Source: Octopus bimaculoides
Taxonomy: Eukaryota
Assembly (NCBI RefSeq): GCF_001194135.2
Contig: NC_068986.1
Coordinates: 114,580,563 to 114,644,562, forward strand
DNA: 64,000 nucleotides
Reading direction: 5' to 3'
Part shown: positions 24,786 through 36,590 of the stretch, piece by piece
How the letters are laid out: each line of letters opens with the position of its first letter
Numbering within the stretch: the first letter of the stretch is position 1
The notes under the pieces: model-generated
What the model saw: the letters and a program-made list of their open reading frames with translations, nothing else
What the model was told of the DNA's origin: nothing
The model's database searches: none
Made by a program: the position numbers and the translations under genes

Positions 24786-25720
24786 AATGTTACAGGTATC
24801 TAGGGGTGGGTGAAAATATATCTTACAGTAGCACCTGTAACAAAACACCTGTCACTAATGAATATTTGAGCCGAATAAAGAAAATTTGGACCTCAGAACT
24901 CTGTGTATTCAATAAAATAGTGACCTACAATGTGTTTGCAGTGCCAGTACTCATACCAACATTTGGGCTGCTTGATTGGACGCTTGATGAGATCCGAGCC
25001 ATTGATGTAAACACCTGAAAAACAGTAACAAGCACACATAATTTCCACATAAACAGTGACGTAGACCGCCTCTACCTAAAACGAAAACAAGGCGGCAGAG
25101 GCTTAAGGTCGATCCAAAACGCCTTTGGATGTCGCATCATATCCCTTCGGCAACATCTTTTAACCACCAAGTGTCGAAGTCCATCCCTTGACAAAGTTTG
25201 TATACACGAGGCTGATAACATCATAAAACTTGGAAGGCAGCTCCTTCATCAACACTCTTTGTCTGATAACATACCCAATACATACCCAAAGAATTGCACG
25301 AATCTATCGCAACGCATCATCAGATGAAAGGATGAGACTATACGAGCAGAAGACTATGCTGGGATATGTAACTAGAAAGTTTCGTGATGGTAGTAACATC
25401 GATCAGCAAAGCAGTTTATCGTGGACCAATAGCCAGATTACTACCCCCCACTTTGAAAGATATGTGTTTGCAATCCAGGAACAGGAAATATCAACCAAGC
25501 ACCTGATGCACAAAAGGGATAGAGATGCGGGAAAAGCCGTAAAGGGTGACAACCGATGCAAACGTTGTGGAGTTCACACTGAAGATATCACCCACATCAT
25601 AAGCAGTTGTCCGAAAATGTCATCACGGTCTTATCTACCGATGAGACATGACGTTGTAGCTAGGACGCTCTATAATGAAATCCGTCGGAAGGATAATCCC
25701 GAGGACAAAGAAATAAGAAA
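24786..25720 (+). pseudogene. R4/Dong-like (RLE-type) non-LTR retrotransposon fragment, truncated at both ends
   Basis: RYLGVGEN (RT YKYLG-like); NVFAVPVL..TFGLLDWT; DVDRLYLKRKQGGRGL; CKRCGVHTEDITHIISSC (CCHC); RHDVVARTLY. Confidence 0.85.
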
Positions 25721-25724
25721 CTAC

Positions 25725-26069
25725 AGTATGAATTCGGGTTTCAGTTGCACAAAATCTCCTTGATTGTGTCGAGAACGATGAAAACTTATTGAAAATTTTG
25801 CGTAGACCTCTGAGCAGGTATCGCCAAGCTTTTGTTAAAATTTGATGCAGATTCTCTGCTCAACTTCCTCTGTCACGGTCAATGAGACGAACACACGCTA
25901 CACATGGTTATTTCTAAACACTGCTGTAAACAGCGGAAGTGAGAGAGAACGTTAAAACTTAATGTGCATGCACAGCAGAGTACAAGGTTAGTCTGTGCCA
26001 AGCGGCCTCACTCTGCGTGCTTTAGCTTCCTTACTATGACAACAGTCCGGATATTGATCAGACCACGTA
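25725..26069 (-). mobile_element. Rearranged mariner relic: 5' TIR and N-terminus on minus, short mid-transposase piece on plus
   Basis: Minus: tacgtggtctgatcaatatccggact TIR-like end and EQRICIKF*QKLGDT; plus: RVSVAQNLLDCVENDENLLK. Confidence 0.7.
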
Positions 26070-28267
26070 TATGTATGTATGTATGTATATTGTATATACT
26101 GCTGTTGTTGCTTAGTCCAGGGTCGAGCCCGTTCAAGAAAACCTGAAATCTTTAATCAAATGTGTTTTAGACACAACAGCCCGTATTTGTTAATACGGTG
26201 TATCTAGCGCTCCATTATCCAATATGCCATTTTAAAGATCTTAAGGTGTAGTTTAAAGATTTGGCTGCTATTTCCAGATTATAAAACCGTAATTAACTCT
26301 CCTCTCGGCTCAGCAATTATATATTATGCTTTCTATAAATTAATTAATCATGTTAATTATTCATTCGCTATTGTTGTATTTCAACGTAATATATAACAAG
26401 GAGGCCATTATAAAAATAGAATAATTTAGTGTGAGATGGAAGGTACCCAGGGATGATTCTTGCATAAAAACAAAATAGTACAGTTGGTATTCACATATGT
26501 AATATAGTAGAGCAAGAAATATTAATTATCATTATATCGTTAACTATAGTTACTGATAAACAGGGCAAATATATCATCTTACTGAATAATTTTGGTCAGG
26601 TAAGACAAGGTAGACAACTCTGGAGTGTGAATTAATTTGAATTATAAATAGTATGGAGGCATGCAATGGAGAGGCAAGAATGGTGTTCAGCAGATACGGT
26701 GACAACTCCGAACGTGTTTCGATTACTACGAGTCTGCAAAATCAGAGGTGATCTGATTTGAACAACTGCCGCGACTAGACCAGTTGATAGACAGTCTGTA
26801 GAGCGCTGGTCAGTAATCATTACTATTAAGCTGATGAAAAGACCGATGGATTAGAAAAATATGAGTTGAGGGTCGGGTAGTTATTACCACTAGGCCAGTG
26901 GGTATGTAGTATCTATAAAGTCGGATACTTAATTAGACTGGTAAGGAGATAGTGCCACGAGAGTGTCAAACAAAACATGCTTTGTGACATTTGAAATTAA
27001 AATTATTGGGAAAATCAACCAAGGATGCCATCTGCGTACAAATATTAGAGTAAGATTTACGCTAACATTGTAGATGTTGGGAGCCAATAAATTCTAATTG
27101 ATTAAAATACAACATTAGTGATGGGAGCATTCATGATCTCAAATAGCTTATTCTTGCAAAAGGAAATATATATATATAGGGGAGACAATCCAGAAATTTC
27201 AATCAATCGACAATTAATTAAGACAAGCAATTCAGTCTATGTCAACCTCCAACATAACTTGATCTGCGGTACAACTAATCTTCTTCTATGACTTTTCGAA
27301 GCTCACTTGATTGCTTTGCGACCAATATACCCAAGCCATATTCAATAAGGGTTTCAATGTTGCATTTTATTCACGAAGGACTAATGAAAACGTATTTAGT
27401 AAGAACTAGTATAATAAAGGTTCCTGGCTTAGTTATTGATGTATGTTGTATCATTCTTGACCATTACTAACGATATAAAAATTTCCCCGTTCACCACCAC
27501 ACTCATAAAAAGAAACAATCTTTCGACCAGTCACGTGCCATCATTATTTCTTAATTGAAGCATCTATTAATTGTGACAAATATTATTACGTCGTGTGTGT
27601 GTGTGTGTTTATACACGGTAGATAGATAGCTGATTGTGTACGCATATATGGAGTTTACAAGTATTCATACAAACCTACAATACAAACACACGCACACACA
27701 TACACATGTATGCATGTATGTATATGCACCCGTTGGTTTTAATAAGCGAGAGAGAAAGTACTCAGTCCGATAGTAGATAGAGTGCAACAGTTTATTCCGA
27801 GCGGTCCAGAGCAAAAGGCCACTTGATCGATTACAATTGAAATATTTCACTGATTTATCAAACCAGAAAGCATGAAAGGTGAAGTGGAGCTCAACAGTAA
27901 TTGAACACACAAAAAGGGCGTGGCTACCATAGGGCGGAGCTACCATAAGGGGATTTGGTTATCCGTAAAGGGGCGTGATTCTTGTAGAGTGGGAGTGGCT
28001 ATATAACAATGGATTTTGTCCGGTACTCTAACCATACTACCTCATTCACTGTCTTCTAATTTCGCTACACGGACACATATTTGGGGTGGATACAAATCGA
28101 CCCTCAGTATTTGACTGGTTGTAATTATTGGAGTCAGTCTAATCCACTTATACCCTATGGTACTTAGTACCGAGGCTGATTTAATCCACTTTGTCGCATT
28201 CTTTAAGATGTGTATCGCTTTGGTGTCATAGTAGATACCATGTGGCCGACATATGAAAAAGAATATA

Positions 28268-28371
28268 CTTTTCTACTCTAGGCACAAGACCCGAAATTTT
28301 GTGGGGAGGGGGGGCAGTCGATTAGATCGACCCCAGTACGCAACTGGTACTTAATTTATCGACCCCAAGAG
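28268..28371 (-). mobile_element. 5'-truncated family A-type SINE with perfect 20-nt target-site duplication
   Basis: gacatatgaaaaagaatata at 28248-28267 and 28372-28391 flanks ctttt...ggcacaag...gaccccagtacgcaactggtacttaatttatcgacccc. Confidence 0.88.
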
Positions 28372-28838
28372 GACATATGAAAAAGAATATAAAACGTAAA
28401 AAGAAAAGCCACTACTCAGTCACCTGGCCTGTCAGAAACAGCAGTCAAATCTTCATCAAAATCACCCCTTTCTATTTTCAAAAGAGTCACCGTATATGTC
28501 GTTCTAGATAAATAGTATCTAAATATTAAAAAACAAAAGTGGTGGGGGTCAAGACCGGAACGTTTCTTATCATATGCTTGCTGGATTTCTGGCTGAGCAC
28601 TCATCAATAAGAGCAATAAAATAAATCAAAAATGTTAATATTATCGGAAGTCTGATAGAAACACGCCCTACTTTGCATTTCATGATGACATGTTGATGCT
28701 CAAATATTTAACACAAAATGACATCTCGTCAACATGTAATGAACAAAACGTTACTATACTTACCCTTACCTCAATCTTTCTGTACCTGTTTTATTTTTCT
28801 TTCCGCTCTTGTTGTTGTTATTATTATTAAGGCGGCGA

Positions 28839-28955
<117 letters not shown>

Positions 28956-29179
28956 AAGCTTATTTCTAAATGGTCTTTAAACATACATACACAATATACA
29001 TTACTTTTGTCACTTGAAGTAACAATTATTTTCGCGAAAAAACTTACTTTCAAAGTATATAAATCGCCTTTTCTAAGTTATATGATTTTAAGAATCAGTG
29101 TGAAATTTTAAAAATGTAATTTTTATATCAAAGGAAAGTGTGATGGATCTGCTTATTATTTAACAATCGTTGGAATTGA

Positions 29180-29258
29180 AAAAATGTGTTGTTCCCTGTT
29201 AAATTATACAAAATATATAAATTTTCAAAGGGGGTATAGACTTTTGCAAGGCAGTGTA
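29180..29258. mobile_element. Tc1-like terminal remnant
   Basis: aagggggtatagacttttgcaaggcagtg-TA resembles a Tc1 right TIR; no partner TIR seen. Confidence 0.4.
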
Positions 29259-29353
29259 TTTCTTGAATGCTCGCACCTTAAATTAAAGAAATAGCTTGGT
29301 TTAAATAATGATTTCTAATTTGAATTTTTCCCCTATTTCCTTCTTCCCTCCAG

Positions 29354-29438
29354 AGGATTTGGTTTTGTTACCTTTCGTGATCCTGCAAGTGTAGAAAAAG
29401 TACTGGCAAACGGACCACACGACTTGGATTCCAAGACG
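29354..29438 (+). CDS. msi: Musashi-family internal coding exon carrying RNP1, 85 nt, phase 2 to phase 0
   Basis: ttcttccctccAG|AGGATTT...AAGACG|GTAAAT; (R)[28 protein letters not shown], in frame with the previous exon; RGFGFVTF is the RNP1 motif. Confidence 0.97.
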
Positions 29439-30054
29439 GTAAATATACATTCTTATAAACTTTTTGACATACTTATATCTGTGTGCCTCTTGACGGTTTT
29501 GTGTTTTCATGCATTTCTCTGAAGCAGGGGTAGGAGAACTTCATACTGCTAAAGGCGTATTGCAAGTACGTAAAGACCCTTTAAGGTCACATCTGACAGA
29601 GAAAAATAATAAGCCTTTAATTTTTACAACTTCACATATGATGCTTAAACCTTGTTTGTACAGTGAGATTACAATTACTACTATTTGATTTAGAGTTCTA
29701 CGCATATTGTCATTATCCAGTAGGCTTTCAATATAGTGGTTAGTCGCCCACTGTATTTAGCAGTGATACTAATTATGATATACAGAGCATACGTAGTGGA
29801 AATTAAGATAAACACCAGTATAAATAACTAGTTCCTATGTACGCAATGGTGAAACGTACGTAGGAACAAAATATTCTACTGGTGTTTATCTTAATTTCTA
29901 TGTTACTTATATTAATTGCTCTGTTTTTGCTTCAAAGACTTAACATCTTTTCTCTATGTAGTTCCCTTCCTAGTCTCTTATGCCGTAACATTAGCCCATT
30001 CCGTGTCTTCGTGTAATTGTGTGTGCGCGCGTGGTGTGCATGTGTGTGTTTATG

Positions 30055-30753
30055 TAGATGCAGTACAGCCAAATGGTTAGGAAGCTCGCTTCGTAATCAC
30101 GAGATTTCGGGTTTGATACTTCTCTGTAGCATATTGATCTTGGGTCTTTTACTATAGCTTCAGATCAGCCAAAGCCTAGTAAATGAAACAGGGTATATGC
30201 AATCAATATGGAAATCCGTTGAATACACTGTGACTTGTAATTTAAAGGGCCAGCCATGGGTACAGTGTGTGCCACGTTGACTCCGCCTCGCAGTTACGTC
30301 TACAGGACACGCGTCCAACCACTAACGCAGTAGTTCAATGTGCAAGAACTTTAGTTAAGCGAAAGGAGTGAATATTACTTATTGAAATCAATAGAACTCT
30401 ATGTGTGTGCATATAAGTGCAAGCCAGACTTAGTCTTTTAGTTTTGCTTGCGATGTTGAAGTCTTGGGTTCGATACCGTTGCGTGACATCTTGTGCAAGT
30501 AGCTCTTATCATAGCCTAGTGAGAGAAACTAGGTGAACGGAAACTATGTGAAAGCCCGTTGGATAGTAGCTATTAGTAAAATTTCAACCTTGTCACAGCT
30601 GATTCATTCTGGGAATTACGTTAAGAGTTCACGCGTGCGTAATTCATCAAACAATTGGAACATTCATCATCGAAATCGGAGAAGGAACTATTGACTATTT
30701 ATAGAATATATTTCATATAAGTATATGAGCATGTATGTATATGCATACAAAAT

Positions 30754-30800
<47 letters not shown>

Positions 30801-31080
30801 GACGTAGCACAGCCAAATAATTAAGAATTTTCCATTATAATCATTAAATCCTGGGTTCGAGCATTTTGAGCAAGGATCTTTTACCATCGCCTCGGTTGGA
30901 CCCTACTTTCTGAGTTAAATTGGATCAACAGAAATTGTATGGAAATATGTCGGATGGACTGTACCTGTAATTTCAAGGACCAGTCTTGTCACACTGTGTC
31001 ACGCTATATCCACCTGACAATTACGGAATACTCACCCACTTACACACTAATTCAATGAACATTTAGCTAAATTGATCGAA
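30055..31080 (+). mobile_element. Three co-oriented degenerate family B2 SINEs (about 30055-30345, 30420-30690, 30800-31080)
   Basis: Shared modules gggttcgat, actatagc, gcccgttg, tgtaattt(c/a)aaggg...ccttgtcaca, ttacgttaag; further copies near 33610-33860, 54230-54520 and 55210-55510. Confidence 0.65.
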
Positions 31081-31902
31081 CATCCAGAATACCATCGTCG
31101 AAACCGTAGGAGAATCTATTTTGATATGTGATTGTGCATGTATGTGTTATACACACGCATACACACACACACACACACACAAATGTATGTATGTATATAT
31201 GTATGCATTGTACATAGCAGTTCCGCCAAAGGAATGATTGAATACGCACCAGGCTACCAGGCTTTAAAAAATCAATACTGTCGAGTTGTTCGACTGAACT
31301 CTCCAAGACGATGCCCCAGCATGGTTACAGTCCAATGACTGAAACAAGTAAAAGATAAAGTTGTGGTGTGCGTGAGAGAGAGCGGGGGAGGGAGAGAGAG
31401 AGAGGGGGAGAGAGAGAGAGAGAGAGGAAAGGAGAGAGAGAGAGATAAAAACAGCGAATCGCCAGAGTTGTTAGAATTCTTCACAATGTTTGTCCCAACT
31501 CTCTGTGATCTAAGTTCATACGCTGTTGGGGCTAATTTTACCCTTATCTTTGNNNNNNNNNNNNNNNNNNNNNNNNNGGGGGGGGGGGGTGAATAAAAAT
31601 GAAAACTTAAGGGATCTAGTGAAGTGGTTTGATGGAAATGGGAAAAGCATCGGAGCGATGCATTGCAGTATTTGTACCGACTATGACTTCTGAGAACAAC
31701 GCATGCAACGACACTGGCTCCAGCCACATTGGCATCTCCTTTCCCTTGGAATGATATCTATAGTGTGGAGAGGGGTAACTTCCATGCATAGGCCACGGTG
31801 GACTAGTCTAGGTCTGCATTGTAATACGGGTGCAAAAATATGGTCAATAGAGGCTTGTTATAATGCGTGTATAGATGTGTACACGTCCAATATTTATGCA
31901 TA

Positions 31903-32258
31903 GGCGCAGGCGTGGTTGTGTGGTAAGAAGCTTGCTTCCCAACTACATGGACCCGGATTCAGTCCTAATGCGTGGCACCTTGGGCAAGTGTCTTCTACAA
32001 CAGCCACGAGTCGACCAAAGCCTTGTGAGTAGATTTGGTAGACGGTAACTAAAAGAAACCCGTCGTTTATATGTGTGTGTGGGGGTGTATTTGTCTTCCA
32101 TCATCATCACCATCGCTTGACAGCGACGGTGCGTTTACGTCCCCGTGACTTAACGGTTCGGTAAAAGAGACCGAAAGTCGATTTCTTTGACTAAAATACT
32201 TTAGAGCGGTGCTCCAGCATGGCCATGATCTGACTGAAACAAGTAAAAGAACAAAAGA
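31903..32258 (+). mobile_element. SINE family B, full length
   Basis: ggcgcaggcgtggttgtgtggtaagaagcttgcttccc...gcgtggcaccttgggcaagtgtcttcta...actgaaacaagtaaaaga. Confidence 0.9.
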
Positions 32259-33004
32259 ATACAAGAGGTGACTCCACGTCTCCAGCGTCACTCGGACTCA
32301 CAGTTTTCGTCACTCGGGCTCATCACAGATTTTGCATAAGACACATGCCTGCTCGAAGAATTTCACGTTTTCCCGCTTTGTTTCTAGCCCCAAATGGCTT
32401 TTTTTTTTAATATCTAGCACACTATGTCTTTCTCCATTTCTAGGTTAAGGGTAAAAATGAAACAACCCTGCAAAACACAACTGATCTTTACACATACACA
32501 CGCACAGAATAACAGCAATCAAGTAACGACAGCGGATTGCACAACTAACACCAGTGATCTGACTGTACTCTTGACAAGAGATGTCAGTTAGTCTTTTACA
32601 CCTACCAGGCTCGTTCGTATTAGCCCGGGTTGCTGGATAATTTTTCGTTCCTTTAAGAATATTGTAGAACGGAAACTTTTCATAAATTGAAAGTTAAATC
32701 TTAATCTCTATAGAAATTTATTGCTTCAAGAAAACTTTGAATTTGAATAACTTTCAATTTTCACGATTATAGATAGCAACTCGAGCTGTAACTTCTGATC
32801 CCGAGTCAGGCGCGTATGAACGATGTCGAGAGAACGTCTGCTACGAATAATGTTTTTTGATACAAGCACCTCTAAGACGACCGCCAGACGCTGAACGAAA
32901 ATAACTGAACTGCGACCAGGATCTATAAAAGGAGCCCGAGTTATTGGCTGCAGTTACATACTTGAAGTCACTGTTGGCAGAAATTAAATCAGCTTGCAAA
33001 TACA

Positions 33005-33530
33005 CGTTCACTTTACTTCCACGCGAATAGCTTCCTTCAAATCATCCAAGGGCTTATGCGCATACACACGTGCCTTGAGGTTTCCCCACAAGAAATAATC
33101 ACACATGGACAAATCAGGGGACCGAGAGGTCCAAGGAATATCAGCAAACCTGGAAATGAGGCGGTCGCCGAAAGAGAGGGTGAAAAACATCCATTGATGC
33201 TCTGGCTGTGTGGGCCGTCGCCCCATCCTGCTGAAACCACACACGTCAAATAGGCATACGTTTTCGTAGTAATTCAGGCACAAAGAAGTTGTTTATCATC
33301 TCGATGTAACGCTCGGAATCCACAGTAACAGCATTTCCATTATTGTCTTCAAAAAAGCAAGGACCAATGACGGCAGTTTTTCCAGCAGCACACCAGACCG
33401 TCACTTTTGAGCTGTGCAGTGGTCTTTCGTGCAGTTCTCTCAGATTTTAAAGAGCCCAATACTTATTACTCAGCCTCCCACTGGGGCTGAGTAATAACCA
33501 TTTCAAAAATGTCCGTCCTCTCTGACCCAA
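33005..33530 (-). pseudogene. Tc1/mariner superfamily (maT/DD37D-like) transposase relic, C-terminal half
   Basis: LHSSKVTVWCA...IGPCFFE...VTVDSERYIEMI...WFQQDGATAHTA...RLISRFADIPWTSRSPDLSMCDYFLWGNLKARVY. Confidence 0.85.
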
Positions 33531-34829
33531 TAAATAATCGTTACTTCTTTCATCACTCAACAGTATAATCTCTATAATATGTGCACACACACACACACAC
33601 ACACTCTATCGTTGTAAAGGTAGTTTAAGTTCGCTTCTCATTCGCAAGTTCTAAGGCTCAATTTTATAACATGGCATCTGGAGTAAAGGCTCTTTTTCGG
33701 CAACCTCAGGTCAATGCATGTGTGTAAAAGCCCACTGGATGTATATATTTTTCTATAGTTCAAAAGTCCAGCCTTGTCCCACTGATTCCACCGTACACGT
33801 ATCTGTGATATATTCAGTCACTTACAGGCTGATTTAACGGGCATTGTTGACATTGATTTAGCAATCCTGTCTTATTGACATGTGAGACTTGAAGGATATT
33901 TGACGGTTAGTTCTGAAGAACTGGCTGTCAAGTTCAGGTTGCCCATAGAATCGATTCTAACCTCTCCTTTAGTGGGTGAATTCGTGTCAATTTTAGAAAT
34001 CATCATTTTAGAAAATGAGACAAAATACTTTGGTTTTATTTACGTTCTGCGTTCAAATTATTCCAAGGTGTAACGTCGGTTTTCATTCATCCGAAGGTGT
34101 AGGTGGGTGTCGGTAAAATCGACTGTTATTTCCATATAAAATATGTGGCTTTTATTCCTCTGAAGGAGCGTTGAGGGGGACTGTAGATAAAATCGCTGTT
34201 CCTTCAATCTAAAATGTGTGACCTTGTGTGTCAGTAATAGTATTATCAGTGTCTCTTCCACAAACATTAGAATTCTGGATCAGTTTGTGCCTCATCCCAA
34301 TTTACAATGTTGGTGAATCGACTTCGGTTTATTTATTATAAATAATTTCCATACTGAAGTCTGAGCAGGGGAAAAATAGACAGGTAGATAATGTGCATGT
34401 GCGCTTGGCTGTACAAAAGAGAAACACGTGGTAGAGTTTATATTTCCAAGGCTGTGACTCCACTCCGTAGCTTTTTAGTGTTTTCTCTGTCACACATATG
34501 TAGGTTTCAACCATTATTAGCCCAGCTCATAAAAAATAAAGTTATTGGTGACCGAAATGTATCCGGCTGTAGGTGATTTGTCTCGCATTTCTCGAGGAAA
34601 TCAGAGTAACATTTAAATTATACGGGAACTTCTTGGGCTTCGTTCGAAACAATGTCGAATAAAGCAGAAGAACAATTGAGAAAGAAACTAGTTGTGTCGC
34701 ATTGTTATTATGTGATTATATATTTATATATATATATGTTTCATACGAATGAATATTTCACACCGACATAGGGATGGAATTAAAATATTTTCTCAACAAA
34801 ATTTGTGCATATTTGTGCGCGCGCGTATT

Positions 34830-34882
<53 letters not shown>

Positions 34883-35873
34883 CATGAACAGGTGTGTTTT
34901 GCTTGAAGTAATTACCTAGTCATGAAATAGCCTTAAGATCCCAGTAACATATACATCAATATTAAACTACAAAAGAAATGTAGTTCACATTATAGACTTC
35001 CCTCGTATATAGCAATGAAATAAATAGATTGTCTAAATAATAAATATATACTCGCAGGTAAGTAGTTGTGTTTATTATCACGTTCAAAGTAATAAATACA
35101 AAGTAGAAGAGAACTTTGTTTTGTACCTTTGGGGAAGATTTTTGTTACATAAGAAGTTGCATGTCCTGTCCATTGATAGTCTTCAGACAGGTTGAATTAC
35201 CTGAACAATATACCTTTGTTTGGATATTATATTCCCTTCTCTGCGACTTTTTCTTTTAATTCTATAATATGTTAACAAATTTATTTAATTTTTGGAGCTG
35301 CGTACGGTACTACTACAAAATTTTAATGAATGGAATTGACATTGGTTATTTGAAGCAAAGCTCTAAAATCCAAAACTTTTTCATAAAGCTAACTGAATAT
35401 TTCCACCTATTATAAAAAATTTTAAAAAAACATAACGTATATGTTATCTCCTTGGAGAAAAAAAATGTTAGGAATCGAACCCTGAAAGGTTTCATGCGCA
35501 CTGGATATAATAAGAACAAATAAAATGAGATATAAGTTCGACTTCTTCCAAACGTAGCTTATAATTTTTGCCCATCATTTTTCAGTAAATTTGTTAGCAT
35601 TTGTGTGTGCGTATATATTGGCATACATGACCATATTATACTGACGAGTAGAGGTTGTATAATACTACAATAACTACGAAATCATGATCTATAATTTAGT
35701 CTGTTTTTAAGGGGCTGGCTTTGAGAGTTGCATTTCATCACGTTCGATAAAAATGTGTTTTTTATGGTAGTCTGACCTTAGAGTCCCTCATAGCGTGAGG
35801 CATATTGTATAGTAATGCCCTTATATAAATAAATTTAATAGTTATGTATATATTTTTCGTTTCCATTCTACAG

Positions 35874-35915
35874 GTCGACCCTAAAGTAGCATTTCCTAGG
35901 AAAGCACAACCAAAG
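35874..35915 (+). CDS. msi: Musashi-family internal coding exon (end of RRM1 and linker), 42 nt, phase 0 to phase 0
   Basis: ttccattctacAG|GTCGAC...CCAAAG|GTAAAG; VDPKVAFPRKAQPK, the DPKVAFP motif that separates Musashi from hnRNP A/D-type relatives. Confidence 0.96.
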
Positions 35916-36313
35916 GTAAAGGATATTTATATTTTTTTTTGGTCTAAACTTTGATATGTTTTATAAGTTCTGCTATTTTTCTCAAACCTAATTGTTGTTT
36001 TATAGTTTGAAACTCATTTTCAGCATTTTGTGAAATATATACATACATATTTTTAAAAATTCCATTATTATTTATGTAATATGTCCTTGCATAGTCAAGG
36101 CCAAATAAAAAAAATAAAACAAAATTTTTTTTTTAAATCTATAAAAATGTATATGTTATTATTATAAAATGAATAATTATTTATATGTGCATACTTGCGT
36201 GAATATTCTGACATGAATATTTATTGATGGTATAAAAAGAAAAGTATTTATTTATTAAATAAGTATTCTTCTGAGAATGGAAAAAAAAAACTTTGTACCA
36301 AAAACAAGTAATA

Positions 36314-36360
<47 letters not shown>

Positions 36361-36429
36361 TATACGCACACTCTATAAAAGACATAAAGTATGCCTTGTG
36401 GATATGTTGTCTATAGAAAAGTTATGACT

Positions 36430-36590
36430 TCAAAACTTACCTGGGATTAAACCTCATCTGGATATTGCTCTGACAGTGCTAATCTAAAAACTACTCGGAA
36501 TTCAAACAAATATGGATATTTGTGTTGATAGGAGAAACGTGTATTCAAAACCTGCCTGGAATTCAAACAAATGTGGATATTGTGATGGTG
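36430..36590. repeat. Degenerate minisatellite, about 55-61 nt period, about 3 copies
   Basis: ggaattcaaacaaat(a/g)tggatatt at 36497-36520 and 36558-36581; degenerate copy gggattaaacctcatctggatatt near 36443-36466. Confidence 0.75.

Larger units (their letters stand above)
29439..35873 (+). other. msi: Musashi intron, 6,435 nt, GT-AG
   Basis: Defined by the flanking in-frame exons. Confidence 0.9.

Noticed and set aside
32800-32960. TATAAAAG-containing, LTR-like segment
   Set aside because: No second LTR, PBS, PPT or gag/pol similarity found
35040-35063. CAG|GTAAGT as a recursive site or cryptic donor
   Set aside because: Upstream sequence is A-rich with no pyrimidine tract and no plausible exon; expected by chance in 64 kb
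36430-36590. CRISPR-like repeat-spacer pattern
   Set aside because: Animal intron, no cas genes, only about three degenerate units; a minisatellite explains it
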